From positions 99 to 64,098 of the forward strand of contig CAZDYD010000001.1 of assembly GCA_964509715.1 (NCBI GenBank): 64,000 nucleotides of DNA, in the 5' to 3' direction. The notes beneath the pieces are model-generated. The model saw only the letters and a program-made list of their open reading frames with translations. It was not told the origin of the DNA and ran no database searches. A program made the translations under genes and the position numbers. Positions within the stretch are counted from its first letter, which is position 1. Every line of letters starts with the position of its first letter. This stretch comes from an uncultured Chitinophagales bacterium. Lineage in GTDB: Bacteria; Bacteroidota; Rhodothermia; Balneolales; HLUCCA01. Below, piece by piece: positions 9,588 to 19,889 of this stretch.

Positions 9588-10721
9588 ATGCCCGATCAAT
9601 TTAATTCCCTGATTTTCAAAGGTGTCGTCCTCGTCACACTGGTATTGTTCATATCTAGTTGTGAGTTTAATTCGGACCAGATCGGTAAAAACGTATCCGG
9701 GCTGAATACGGCACAAAACAAATCTGGCGATTCCACTGAAAATCAACGGGATCCACTACGTGAAGTCAGGTCAAGGTTACCAATAGTCTCTTCGGATGAT
9801 TTACTTACAGCTGCTTTGCAGATCGACCAGCTATCGTCATTGATCGTTTTCCAGGATGATGAAATCAAAGTTGAGTGGTACAATGGGAGATTGAATCGAA
9901 ATCGACCAATTAATATAAAATCTGCCTCCAAAAATATTATTTCATCACTGATCGGCATTGCGATTGATATGGGTCATATCGGCAGTATAGACGACCCCGT
10001 GATCAAGTACTTACCCGACTACATCAGTAATGATGACACAACTGGTAAAAAGGACATCACTATTAGGCACTTACTGACCATGTCGAGCGGATTGCCTTCC
10101 ACAAGTTTCGGGAACTATGGTCGATGGGTTACATCCAGAGATTGGATCGCATTTTCTTTGAACGGACAGTTGGAAGCTCCACCGGGGACCAGAATGAGGT
10201 ATAGTACTGGCGATTCTCATATTTTATCGGCTGTGATTACACGGGCTACGGGTGTGTCAACCTATCAGTTTGCTCAGCGTAATTTGTTCGAACCAATGGG
10301 TGTGAGGATAGGAGGTTGGGATCGGGATCCGAGGGGGTTTTATTTTGGTGGTAACAATCTTGCACTAAGTCCCGGGGGCCTACTCGCCTATGGGGAGATG
10401 TACTTGAATAATGGAGTGTACAATAACCGTCAAATCATTTCAGCTGATTGGGTCAGAGAGTCACTTGAACCCCGTTTCACACGAACGAGTTTTAATCCAA
10501 GGGGGCATGATTATGGGTACCTTTGGTGGTCTAATACCTTTGCAAGTTACGCATCGTATTTTGCCTGGGGTTATGGCGGACAGTATGTCTTCATTCTACC
10601 CGAATTGAATGCCGTTGTAGTCATTACCGGTAATCCAGACACTCGTATCAGGGGTGTGAACAATCAAATCTATGGGTTTATGGATACTCATATCGTACCA
10701 TTTCTTCATCGAGATATCTGA
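9588..10721 (+). CDS. serine hydrolase (beta-lactamase family), predicted lipoprotein
   Basis: It has a lipobox-like 'LFISSC', the SxxK motif 'SASKNI', and 'YSTGDSH'. Confidence 0.8.
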   Translation: MPDQFNSLIFKGVVLVTLVLFISSCEFNSDQIGKNVSGLNTAQNKSGDSTENQRDPLREVRSRLPIVSSDDLLTAALQIDQLSSLIVFQDDEIKVEWYNGRLNRNRPINIKSASKNIISSLIGIAIDMGHIGSIDDPVIKYLPDYISNDDTTGKKDITIRHLLTMSSGLPSTSFGNYGRWVTSRDWIAFSLNGQLEAPPGTRMRYSTGDSHILSAVITRATGVSTYQFAQRNLFEPMGVRIGGWDRDPRGFYFGGNNLALSPGGLLAYGEMYLNNGVYNNRQIISADWVRESLEPRFTRTSFNPRGHDYGYLWWSNTFASYASYFAWGYGGQYVFILPELNAVVVITGNPDTRIRGVNNQIYGFMDTHIVPFLHRDI

Positions 10722-10807
10722 CTCACAAAAAAAAATCAGCTGCATTGTAACCTTTTGGTATCGCGATAAGTATTCAGATTAAACACACTTGAAACAAAAA
10801 TCGTGAT

Positions 10808-11374
10808 ATGGTGAATTCGATGAGTGATAATGCTCTGATGGTCCGGGTGAAACGGGGTGAAATTGAACACCTTGGGTCATTGTTTGAGCGTTATCACCGT
10901 CGGTTATTCGCATTCTTCTATCGACTGACCCAGAGACGTGATGTTAGTGAAGATCTGGTGCAGGCTGTTTTTGAACGTATCATTAAATATCGGGAATCGT
11001 TCATGGACACGCATGTTTTTTCTACGTGGATGTTTACCATCGCCAGAAATCTGCATACTGATTATCATCGGAAGACAACCCGAGATTTATTGAATCTGGT
11101 TGATCCAAATGTTGATGTTATGCTTGCCGAATCGGTAGAATCACAAACGGATACCGATAGTGATCTTTATAAACATCAAGTCAGAAAGGCGTTGAACCGG
11201 CTGGATCCCGATAAGAAACAGGTTTTGATTCTTTCGAGGTTCGAGGGACTGAGGTACAAAGAAATTGCTGACATCATGGAGTGCAGTGAAGGAGCGGTTA
11301 AAGTTCGGGTCTTTCGTGCATTACAGGAAATGAAAGAGCATATCACGGCTATTAGAAATATGGAGCGGTTATGA
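10808..11374 (+). CDS. ECF (sigma-70 family) RNA polymerase sigma factor
   Basis: Region 2 reads 'DVSEDLVQAVFERI..FSTWMFTIARN'. Region 4 HTH reads 'YKEIADIMECSEGAVKVRVFRA'. Confidence 0.9.
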   Translation: MVNSMSDNALMVRVKRGEIEHLGSLFERYHRRLFAFFYRLTQRRDVSEDLVQAVFERIIKYRESFMDTHVFSTWMFTIARNLHTDYHRKTTRDLLNLVDPNVDVMLAESVESQTDTDSDLYKHQVRKALNRLDPDKKQVLILSRFEGLRYKEIADIMECSEGAVKVRVFRALQEMKEHITAIRNMERL

Positions 11375-12171
11375 TTCAGGATGAGTATCTGGAACTGGTT
11401 ACTGGGTATCTGGAGGGAACGGCAAGTGACATTGACCGAATTCAATTGCAAGCATTAATCGATGCTGGTAAGATCGATGTCCTTGATCTGGTCGAAATGG
11501 AGCGATTGTATAAATCCTGCTGTGATTTTGACACCCCTGAGCCCGGACAAAGGGTGCATGATAGGTTTTATTCGATGCTTGATAACGAGCAAATAAAGAT
11601 GAATAAGTTGAAATCCAATTCTCCGATCACGTTTATTGGCACACACAATTGGAACAGTTGGATGCAGGCAGCAGCGGCGGCAGCCTTGCTCATCATTGGA
11701 CTTTTAATAGGTGACAAGTTCACTCCTTTCAGTAATCAGGATACAAAAATGGATCAACTCTCATCCGAAGTGGCTCAGATGAGAGAGATATTGATGATCA
11801 GTTTACTCCAGAACGATTCACCAGTTGAGCGTTTAAGAGCCGTCAATATCAGCCAGCAGATTCCCAATACCGAATATCGTCTCGTTGAGGCACTACTGAA
11901 CACCCTGAATTACGATTCGAATGTGAACGTGAGGGTGGCTGCGGTAAACGCTTTGATTGATAGAGGGTATGAACCAAGTGTCAGAAAAGGACTCATTGAA
12001 TCCATCCCAAACCAAAATTCCCCGCTTGTACAGATCGCACTGGCAGATGCCATGCTGATTTTACAAGAACCTCAAGCAGTAATCTATTTTGAGAACCTGC
12101 TTGTCAATTCAAATGATATGGACTCTGGAGTCCGTACAAAACTTGAAAACACAATTTTAGCATTAAAGTAA
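11371..12171 (+). CDS. putative anti-sigma factor, single-pass membrane protein with C-terminal HEAT-like repeats
   Basis: Its start overlaps the sigma gene stop by 4 nt (ATGA). It has a central TM segment (AAAAAALLIIGLLIG). The C-terminus carries HEAT-like 'VERLRAV..VNVRVAAVNALI'. Confidence 0.65.
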   Translation: MIQDEYLELVTGYLEGTASDIDRIQLQALIDAGKIDVLDLVEMERLYKSCCDFDTPEPGQRVHDRFYSMLDNEQIKMNKLKSNSPITFIGTHNWNSWMQAAAAAALLIIGLLIGDKFTPFSNQDTKMDQLSSEVAQMREILMISLLQNDSPVERLRAVNISQQIPNTEYRLVEALLNTLNYDSNVNVRVAAVNALIDRGYEPSVRKGLIESIPNQNSPLVQIALADAMLILQEPQAVIYFENLLVNSNDMDSGVRTKLENTILALK

Positions 12172-12176
12172 AAAAT

Positions 12177-12986
12177 ATGAAAACACTACATTTTTTGATC
12201 CTGTTCACGATGTCACTTTTGATATCGGCAAAGCCTCTACATTCTCAAAGTCAAATCGCGGTACCACTCAGTAAACCCGGACAACCGGGATCGTTGGAAA
12301 TGAGTTTTATTATGGCTGACGTAACTGTTTCAGCATATGATGGAAGTGAAGTTGTTATCAGATATACCGGCGATAATATCCGTGAAAATGATACATCAAG
12401 GAATTCAAACCGAGATGGATTACGTCGAATCGGTGGTGGTGGATCCGGATTTGAGGTGACTGAGAACAACAATCGGGTAGTGCTTGATGGCGGATTACCA
12501 CGAGGCATGATTCATTTTGAAATACTTGTTCCTCGAAACTTTTCATTGAATATATCCGTGGTTACCGGTCCGGAAATCAAGGTAGAAGGTGTAAATGGAA
12601 ATCATGAGATCAACCATGTTAATGGTGAGATCAGATTGATAAATGTTAGCGGTTCTGCATTGATCAATACGGTGAACGGCAATATCAAGGCCATATTTGC
12701 CTCCGTTGCTCCAGATAAACCCATGGCTTTTAGCAATGTGAATGGAGATATTGATGTCACGCTACCTGCAAACAGTCGATTCACAGCAAAAATGCGCTCA
12801 GAGTTTGGTGAAATGTATACCGATTTTGACCTGAAAATGAATTCAGATCCCGGTCCTACAGTTAATCGGAACAATAGTCGTTTCAAGGTAGAGGTTAACA
12901 ATTGGGTAATTGGTGATGCGAATGGTGGTGGACCTGAATACATGTTCAAGACCTTACGTGGTGATTTTTACTTACGCAAGAAATAG
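12177..12986 (+). CDS. DUF4097-family beta-repeat protein (putative adhesin-like)
   Basis: It has a signal peptide and repeated 'VNG(N/D/E)I' beta-strand units (VNGNHEINHVNGEIRLINVSG..VNGNIKA..VNGDIDV). Confidence 0.7.
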   Translation: MKTLHFLILFTMSLLISAKPLHSQSQIAVPLSKPGQPGSLEMSFIMADVTVSAYDGSEVVIRYTGDNIRENDTSRNSNRDGLRRIGGGGSGFEVTENNNRVVLDGGLPRGMIHFEILVPRNFSLNISVVTGPEIKVEGVNGNHEINHVNGEIRLINVSGSALINTVNGNIKAIFASVAPDKPMAFSNVNGDIDVTLPANSRFTAKMRSEFGEMYTDFDLKMNSDPGPTVNRNNSRFKVEVNNWVIGDANGGGPEYMFKTLRGDFYLRKK

Positions 12987-13051
12987 ACGTGGGTAAAACA
13001 TTGTAAACCCCTGTCACACAAATCTTAAAAGTTCGTATACGTACTCTGTTG

Positions 13052-13082
13052 GTTGTAGATGGTTCGCTTCAAAATCTACAAC
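13052..13082 (+). other. perfect 9-bp stem hairpin downstream of the DUF4097 gene
   Basis: The stem gttgtagat (13052-13060) pairs with atctacaac (13074-13082) across a 13-nt loop. No U-tract follows. Confidence 0.35.
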
Positions 13083-13195
13083 TTAACAGTTTACAACATC
13101 CTGGAATCGGCACATCACCCCATGCTGACTTCGCTTCAAGTGCGTCAATAAAGCAATTAATGCAAAACTTCAGAACATACTAATTGTCAGCATCC

Positions 13196-15949
13196 ATGAA
13201 ATTACGTCATTTTTACACCCTTTTAGCCGTTGCCCTGCTGTGTCCATTGGCGGTGTCAGCTCAAAACGATTTAATTCCCGGCCCGATGTCCTCCAGATCA
13301 GATTCCGTGAATCCAATGGGTTCCGATACTAAAATCAATATTGATTACAGGTATGGAAGCAGTGCTACACCGATGATGCATGCCATTCGAATGAGTGAGG
13401 ATCATCAAATTAAGCTGGATGGACGATTGGATGAGCCAATTTGGCAAGTCACTCCGGTTGCAACTGATTTTACTCAGCGTTTCCCGAATGACATGGCTCC
13501 GGCTACACAACGTACCGAAGTTAGACTCGTCTATACTGATGATGCCATATATGTTGGATTCATCGCATTTGACACTGCACCTGATTCTATACTTGCCCCA
13601 TTGTTCAGACGTGATGGTTCACAGCCGAGTGATTGGGTATATGTAAGTTTTGACAGCTACAACGATAGACGTACGGCCTTCAGTTTTGCAGTGAACCCGA
13701 GAGGAGTTCAAAAAGATGTCCTGTATTATGACGATAACAGAGAAGATGTATTGTGGGATGCCGTTTGGGAAGCGAAAACGTATATAGGTCCAGACGGATG
13801 GTCGGCAGAGCTTAGAATTCCATTTTCGCAATTGAGGTTTAGTTCAAGAAGCGAAGCTTTGAGTTGGGGAGTGAATTTTCAGAGAAGATTGGCTAGAAAT
13901 GGTGAAATTGCGTTTTGGGCTCCAACTCCCCGAACTCAGGAATCGTTGGTTTCAAGGTTTGGTCGTTTGCAGGGAATCAATAATCTAACGGAACCGAGAC
14001 GATTAGAAATTGCACCATATTCGGCTGGAAGTCTACTTAGGGCACCAAATCCGGGGAATGGAAATCCATATTATAGCAGTAACCAATTCTCTTCAAATGT
14101 TGGGGGTGATATCAAATATGGTCTTACTTCAGATTTTACCCTCACAGCAACGATTAATCCAGATTTCGGGCAAGTTGAGGCCGATCCAGCTGTGATCAAT
14201 CTTACGGCAAACGAAAATTTTTTCAACGAGAGAAGGCCCTTTTTTCTGGAAGGATCAGATCTGTTTCTGTTCGGAAGTACACAGACCTTCAGCAGAATGG
14301 GAAATCCGGTAACTTTCTACTCCAGGCGTATAGGACGATCTCCACAGGGTAGTGCCGGAAGAGCCGGGGTCACAACTTCTCACATCGACCGTCCTGATTA
14401 TACAACGATAGCCACGGCCATTAAAGTAAGCGGTAAGACTCAATCCGGATGGTCGTTGGGGGTACTAAATGCTTATACATTGGATGAGCATGCCAAATTC
14501 ATTGATCCAAATCAACAGGAAGGTAGATTCCGCATTGAACCTGCTACGAATTATTTTGTGGCGAGGACCAAAAAAGACTTCAATAATGGAAATTCATACA
14601 TTGGAGGATTTGGTAGCTCTGTCTATAGATCAATTTCCGGATCGTATTTTGAAAATTTTCTAAGATCAAACGCCTATCTTGGTGGGGTGGATTATGAACA
14701 CAATTTCGGCAATAGGTCTTGGGTAGCCAGTGGAACAGCCTCGTTCTCTTCTGTTCATGGAAGTTCAGAATCTATCGAAATAACCCAACGAAGTCCGGTT
14801 CGATACTATCACAGGGTTGATTCAAAGGGGTTGAGTGTAGATGCTAATAAAACTTCGCTGTTCGGATATGCTACCGAGCTTTCTCTACAGAAAAGGGGTG
14901 GAGATGATCACTGGCTTGGATCAATTACATATTCTGAAGTAAGTCCCGGATATGAAACCAACGATCTTGGATTTCAGAACCGAGCCGATTACAAAGCCCT
15001 GAACGGAGGTATCGTGTTTCGTGATAATACACCCAAACGACTACAGTATTACGAAGCTTGGTTATTCACCGGAAATAGCTGGAACTTTGATGGAGACCAT
15101 TTCGGAAACTGGTATAATGCTGGAACATTTATTCGCTTAAAAAATCTATGGTCGCTTAATGGCGAAATCCAATATCGTGGTAGTGTGATGTCTGACAGAT
15201 TAACACGTGGCGGACCCGTTGCAAGGATGCCCGACAGCTATATTATGAATGCGAATATCCAGTCAAATCCGAACAAAAAAATATCCTGGAATACCGGTAC
15301 TTTTATTCGTGAGGATACAGAAGGTGGTGGATTCTATGAGTTTTGGGCTGGATTTCGTGTACAACCAGCTACGTGGCTCCAATTAAGTGTCAATCCCGGT
15401 TATTTCAATGACAGAAACAAGTTTCAGTATTTAACCACAGTTACCGATAATTCTGCTTCTCAAACATATGGCAGAAGGTATGTTTTTGCAGAGTTAGATC
15501 AGCATACACTATCTGTAAGTTTCAGATTGGATTGGACTTTTTCTCCGACGATGAGTCTTCAAACTTTTGTTAGACCCTATTTGACTTCCGGTTCATACAA
15601 AAACATTAAGGAATTAAGTCAGCCCAGGAGTCTGAATTATACTGTATATGGTAAAGATCAGGGTACTATCAATGAATCTGATAATCGCTACGTGATTGAT
15701 CCTACAGGATCGGGAAGTGGTGTTTTTCAAATTGATCGCCCGGACTTTGATTACAGATCTATTCAGGGTAACGCAGTTTTCAGATGGGAATATCGTCCTG
15801 GATCTACACTGTTTCTGGTTTGGCAGCAACAACGAAACGATTTTGATTCCTATGGGGACTTCAATATCGGAAATAGCTTGAGTGAATTGTTCAGATCTAC
15901 ACCTACGAATGTGTTTATGATAAAATTGAGTTATTGGTTGGGTCGCTGA
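13196..15949 (+). CDS. carbohydrate-binding family 9-like / DUF5916 domain outer-envelope protein
   Basis: It has a signal peptide (LLAVALLCPLAVSAQ) and an N-terminal CBM9-like block, 'IKLDGRLDEPIWQ..ATDFTQ..VRLVYTDDAIYVGF'. A long beta-rich C-terminal region ends in an aromatic residue-rich tail. I took ATG 13196 as the start; the track's TTG is at 13184. Confidence 0.7.
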   Translation: MKLRHFYTLLAVALLCPLAVSAQNDLIPGPMSSRSDSVNPMGSDTKINIDYRYGSSATPMMHAIRMSEDHQIKLDGRLDEPIWQVTPVATDFTQRFPNDMAPATQRTEVRLVYTDDAIYVGFIAFDTAPDSILAPLFRRDGSQPSDWVYVSFDSYNDRRTAFSFAVNPRGVQKDVLYYDDNREDVLWDAVWEAKTYIGPDGWSAELRIPFSQLRFSSRSEALSWGVNFQRRLARNGEIAFWAPTPRTQESLVSRFGRLQGINNLTEPRRLEIAPYSAGSLLRAPNPGNGNPYYSSNQFSSNVGGDIKYGLTSDFTLTATINPDFGQVEADPAVINLTANENFFNERRPFFLEGSDLFLFGSTQTFSRMGNPVTFYSRRIGRSPQGSAGRAGVTTSHIDRPDYTTIATAIKVSGKTQSGWSLGVLNAYTLDEHAKFIDPNQQEGRFRIEPATNYFVARTKKDFNNGNSYIGGFGSSVYRSISGSYFENFLRSNAYLGGVDYEHNFGNRSWVASGTASFSSVHGSSESIEITQRSPVRYYHRVDSKGLSVDANKTSLFGYATELSLQKRGGDDHWLGSITYSEVSPGYETNDLGFQNRADYKALNGGIVFRDNTPKRLQYYEAWLFTGNSWNFDGDHFGNWYNAGTFIRLKNLWSLNGEIQYRGSVMSDRLTRGGPVARMPDSYIMNANIQSNPNKKISWNTGTFIREDTEGGGFYEFWAGFRVQPATWLQLSVNPGYFNDRNKFQYLTTVTDNSASQTYGRRYVFAELDQHTLSVSFRLDWTFSPTMSLQTFVRPYLTSGSYKNIKELSQPRSLNYTVYGKDQGTINESDNRYVIDPTGSGSGVFQIDRPDFDYRSIQGNAVFRWEYRPGSTLFLVWQQQRNDFDSYGDFNIGNSLSELFRSTPTNVFMIKLSYWLGR

Positions 15950-16006
15950 TTATTTAGAATGATCACCCATTTCGTGGAATTCAAGGGGCAATTATCCTGA
16001 TTGAAC

Positions 16007-17050
16007 TCAATCGAACATGTTGAACTGTCCGTTAAGTGTCGGCCGTCGGAAATGATTTGTCATCAACTGCGGCCGATCTTTATTTAAACCATTTTTTTGA
16101 ACATGAATCCTGAACATATCCCGAACTTGTGCAGCTATTGGTCCTTGTCCTTTGAACCTTGAGCCGAAATCACTGTTATTCAATTTGCCATCCCTGAACA
16201 TCAAAATTCTGTTCAGGATTTTTTCTTTCCGGAGGGGGTAATTCGTATCGAGCCAATCGGTGAATATGTCTTTAAGTGCATAGGGTAAACGTAAGAGTGT
16301 ATAATTTGCATATGTCGCCCCTGACTCAGCAGCTGCCTTGAGAATTTCCGGAATTTCGTGATCATTTAATCCAGGTATTACGGGTGCAATCATGACACCT
16401 GTTGGAATTCCGGCATCTGCGAGCTTAGATATTGCCTGAAGCCTTCGATTAGGTCGACTGGTGCGTGGTTCAAGAACCGATGTGAGTGCAGGGTCAAGGG
16501 TTGTGATACTTATGGCAACCACTATGCATGAGTACTTCGCAAGTTCAGCCAAAAGATCAATATCTCTTGCTACGAGATAATTCTTCGTAATAATTGTTAC
16601 GGGGTTTTTTGCTTCTGCAAGCACTTCAAGTAAAGATCGGGTGATTTTAAGTTTTCTTTCTATCGGCTGATAGGGATCTGTAACACCACTTAGCATCAGA
16701 AGTCGAGGGTGCCATTGTTTGGATGCCAATTGTTCTCGAAGTAATTGAGCTGCGTTTTGTTTGACAAGAATCTTCGTTTCAAAATCAATTCCCGGAGAAT
16801 ATCCTAAAAACTCATGCGTAGGACGGGCATAACAATAAACACAACCATGTTCACATCCCCGGTACGGGTTGATTGAAGCATCAAATGGGACATCAGGTGA
16901 TGTATTTGTAGATATAATGCTGGCTGTTGAATCCTGTATAAATTGGGTTTTGGGATTTCCACGTTCATCGGGTGGTATTTCTTCATCCCAACTCCAACCA
17001 TGATCAGTGAATCTGTTGAATGGATTAGTTGTAGAGCCGCGTTTTATCAT
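16007..17050 (-). CDS. radical SAM protein, PA0069 / SplB-like family
   Basis: It has the CX3CX2C cluster motif 'CEHGCVYC' and the N-terminal 'NPFNRF' block typical of the PA0069 family. Confidence 0.85.
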   Translation of the reverse strand: MIKRGSTTNPFNRFTDHGWSWDEEIPPDERGNPKTQFIQDSTASIISTNTSPDVPFDASINPYRGCEHGCVYCYARPTHEFLGYSPGIDFETKILVKQNAAQLLREQLASKQWHPRLLMLSGVTDPYQPIERKLKITRSLLEVLAEAKNPVTIITKNYLVARDIDLLAELAKYSCIVVAISITTLDPALTSVLEPRTSRPNRRLQAISKLADAGIPTGVMIAPVIPGLNDHEIPEILKAAAESGATYANYTLLRLPYALKDIFTDWLDTNYPLRKEKILNRILMFRDGKLNNSDFGSRFKGQGPIAAQVRDMFRIHVQKNGLNKDRPQLMTNHFRRPTLNGQFNMFD

Positions 17051-17108
17051 GTTTCAAATTACACATATTTTATACATATGCAAAATGAGTGTTCATGTAT
17101 ACATCAAA

Positions 17109-17564
17109 TCAATCAAGTGGCGAAACAAGACCAATATCTGCAATTACAGGTAGGCGACGAATGGAGCGAAGTGGTCCGGGACATACGGTTTGATGACAAG
17201 CTGCGCAACTGTTTGCCACTATATTGAACTGTTGCCGTGGATCGGATGACGTGAAGATTTGACCATACATTTCATCGAAAACTTTAAAGAAATCCTGATG
17301 TTCACTCACATCGTCCACAAACTCGGAATGGGGTAGTCCAGAAAACTTTGTAAATGGTCTGATCTCAGGTTGTTTGCCTTCCTGGATCGACTCTCGTATG
17401 CGTAACATTTCTGACATACGTTCCTGCATTGCATCACGTAAATTCTCGACGGGCAGGTAATCAATATCGTCGTTGATCAGATCGGAATCTGACTGACCTG
17501 GTGTAAGATGCCAGGCCAGTAAAACTCCTAATAGAAATAGTGATATAAAAAAAAGATATCTCAA
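17109..17564 (-). CDS. putative c-type cytochrome with a single C-terminal CXXCH (class II-like)
   Basis: It has a signal-like N-terminus, a helical-looking body, and 'CAACH' near the C-terminus. The start is a TTG 9 nt after the upstream stop. Confidence 0.5.
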   Translation of the reverse strand: MRYLFFISLFLLGVLLAWHLTPGQSDSDLINDDIDYLPVENLRDAMQERMSEMLRIRESIQEGKQPEIRPFTKFSGLPHSEFVDDVSEHQDFFKVFDEMYGQIFTSSDPRQQFNIVANSCAACHQTVCPGPLRSIRRLPVIADIGLVSPLD

Positions 17565-17573
17565 ATGGGGAAA

Positions 17574-18122
17574 TTATTCCTCAGTTTGGGTTTCTTCTTC
17601 AACGGCTTCTACAGTTACTTTCTTGAGTAAAACACCTTTAGCCTCGAAAGCATATTCTATTTTCTCCTCGGTGACTGCTGCAATTTCTTCTTCAGTTGCA
17701 TTTGCATCTTCGAGATAGTGACGTTGCTCATCTACAGAACTAACTTTTTTGAAGCCAACACCTTCGGCGATAATCTCACGTCCGGCTGCATCCGTTGGAA
17801 GAAAGAAACTGTAATTGGCGAATGTCATTTTAATAGATCTGCCATCTTCAGTAGTCAACACGGTCCAGCAGCCTTTACTCTGGCAAACCTCGACAAGTGT
17901 ACCTGAAATTGTATACTCAACTTCAGTTTCGAGTGTAAATTCATCGATAACTGCATCGAGTGCAACTACGTCAGTAGCGTCAATTTCCTCACCGAATGAT
18001 TCCCATTCTGTCAAATCGACAGTGGTTACCATGGCGGTATCGGTTGTTTCTGTTTGCTGTGAGCATGCTACAAGAGCTGGGATAATCAAGGCGACACAAA
18101 TCGTTTTTACTAGCGTTTTCAT
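17574..18122 (-). CDS. DUF4920-like lipoprotein
   Basis: It has the lipobox 'ALVAC', the motif 'CQSKGCW', and an acidic tail. The family call is from memory of the motif. Confidence 0.55.
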   Translation of the reverse strand: MKTLVKTICVALIIPALVACSQQTETTDTAMVTTVDLTEWESFGEEIDATDVVALDAVIDEFTLETEVEYTISGTLVEVCQSKGCWTVLTTEDGRSIKMTFANYSFFLPTDAAGREIIAEGVGFKKVSSVDEQRHYLEDANATEEEIAAVTEEKIEYAFEAKGVLLKKVTVEAVEEETQTEE

Positions 18123-18334
18123 TTTTTTTGGTAGGTTTTAACAGTTGTTAATGTTTATTCGGGCGTAGATGTTATGCATTAGTTTTTATGTATTTAACCC
18201 GTGCAGCGCGGTAAGATACGACGATTTTCAGGCTAAGTACATATATATTTTATTACATGCGTGTATTGCGTCTGCAATATTTGAACACATGGTAAAAGAG
18301 TGTATTTTTCTCAAAACAAACCCATGGAGGCCAT

Positions 18335-18871
18335 ATGAGTGACGATAAATTGAGATTTCCAGTAGGTAAATACGATAATACCCAACGTATTGAAATGGAT
18401 CAGATTGATGAATTGATTGAAATCATTGATGATTTTCCCGAAACATTGACCGACTTGGTTATCGATTTAGATGAGGAAGATCTCGAATGCACCTATCGTG
18501 AGGAGGGTTGGACAGTAAGACAAGTTATTACCCATTGTGCCGATAGTCATATGAATGCATTTATGAGATTCAAGCTGGCGCTTACAGAGGATAACCCAAC
18601 TATAAAACCCTATTCGCAGAACGGCTGGGCTTCTTTGCCTGATGCAGATGAGGCTCCCGTCGATTTGTCACTTCTTATGCTCGAAGGTGTGCATGGTCGC
18701 TGGGTATGGTTAATGGACAGCATGGATGAAGAGGACTGGAACAAGACCTATTATCATCCCGAGCAGGACAAAACCTTCAGATTGATTGATGTATTGGGAT
18801 TATACGCATGGCATTGCAGACATCATCTGGAACATGTCCGCATTGCTATCGAAAAAGGTTCAACCAAGTGA
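18335..18871 (+). CDS. DinB/YfiT-family metal-dependent (bacillithiol transferase-like) protein
   Basis: The His triad context reads 'HCADSHMNAF' .. 'WHCRHHLEHV'. GGAGG lies upstream of the ATG. Confidence 0.8.
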   Translation: MSDDKLRFPVGKYDNTQRIEMDQIDELIEIIDDFPETLTDLVIDLDEEDLECTYREEGWTVRQVITHCADSHMNAFMRFKLALTEDNPTIKPYSQNGWASLPDADEAPVDLSLLMLEGVHGRWVWLMDSMDEEDWNKTYYHPEQDKTFRLIDVLGLYAWHCRHHLEHVRIAIEKGSTK

Positions 18872-18886
18872 TTCACTTCAATTTGA

Positions 18887-19879
18887 TTATCTGAAGCTTT
18901 GTAGAATTTTCAGGTAGTTTGCACGTTCAAAGGCAGCGGGTTCAGCCACATTTCTGTGGCTCATGCTGCCTTTCATTTCTTTGACCGATTCGTACTCGTG
19001 CTCTATCATCCACGCCTGAAAGTCGATCAGAATTTCATTCAGGTGCTCAATACCTTTTCTCAATAATACGGATGCCAGCATTGTGACATCAGCTCCACAG
19101 AGTATCATTTTTATGGCATCCTCTGCATTGTGCACTCCTGAGGTCGCTGCAAGACTGGCACGTAATTGGCCATAAAGAATCGCGATCCATCGCATGGGAA
19201 GCCTTTTTTCGTAATTTGAGCTCAAAACCAAAGATGGAGAAACCTCCATTGTTTCGAGATCAATATCGGGCTGATAAAATCGATTGAACAGAACCAGTCC
19301 GTCTGCCCCCGCATTATCCAACTCGACAGCAATATTAGCAAATGAGCTAAAGTATGGTCCCAGTTTCACAGAAACAGGGATACCGAGGTTCTTTTTGACC
19401 TTTTTGACATCATCGATATACATTCTTTCTACTTCACGGCCACTTACAGCCGGATCTGCAGCCAGATAATATATATTCAGTTCGATGGCGTCTGCCCCGG
19501 CCTGTTCCATTTTTTTTGCGTATTCCATCCATCCGCCCTCAGAGACTCCATTGAGACTGGCAATAACTGGGATTTCAATTGTTTTTTTGAGCTCTTGAAT
19601 ATGATCTAAATACTCTTCCGCATACAAATTATTGAAAGCTTCAGGCTCCGGAAAATAACTTAGTGCCTCAGCATAACTTTCACTGTACGTTGTCAGATAA
19701 TGATCCACTTTCTCGACATCGTGGTTGATTTGTTCCTCAAATAATGAATACAGAACAATTGCAGATGCACCGGCATCCTCAAGTCGCCTTACTGCGTCAA
19801 CACTTCTTGACAGGGGTGAGGCAGATGGTACCAACGGATTCTTCAGTTTGAGTCCCATATAGGTGGTGGACAGATCCAT
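18887..19879 (-). CDS. dihydroorotate dehydrogenase-like TIM-barrel flavoprotein
   Basis: It has class-1 DHOD-like blocks ('GLKLKNPLV', 'ELNIY', 'VKLGPYF', '[11 protein letters not shown]'). I set the start at ATG 19879 (MDLSTTY) because GGAGGA lies 5 nt upstream. This is 10 nt after the nifJ stop. Confidence 0.75.
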   Translation of the reverse strand: MDLSTTYMGLKLKNPLVPSASPLSRSVDAVRRLEDAGASAIVLYSLFEEQINHDVEKVDHYLTTYSESYAEALSYFPEPEAFNNLYAEEYLDHIQELKKTIEIPVIASLNGVSEGGWMEYAKKMEQAGADAIELNIYYLAADPAVSGREVERMYIDDVKKVKKNLGIPVSVKLGPYFSSFANIAVELDNAGADGLVLFNRFYQPDIDLETMEVSPSLVLSSNYEKRLPMRWIAILYGQLRASLAATSGVHNAEDAIKMILCGADVTMLASVLLRKGIEHLNEILIDFQAWMIEHEYESVKEMKGSMSHRNVAEPAAFERANYLKILQSFR

Positions 19880-19889
19880 ACTTCCTCCA

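Noticed and set aside
9291-9746. 151-aa minus-strand ORF in the LacI / serine-hydrolase intergenic region
   Set aside because: It lies in AT-rich promoter DNA and overlaps the start of the well-supported + gene at 9588. The sequence is low-complexity and rich in basic and Ile/Asn residues, and I recognised no motif. It is probably spurious.
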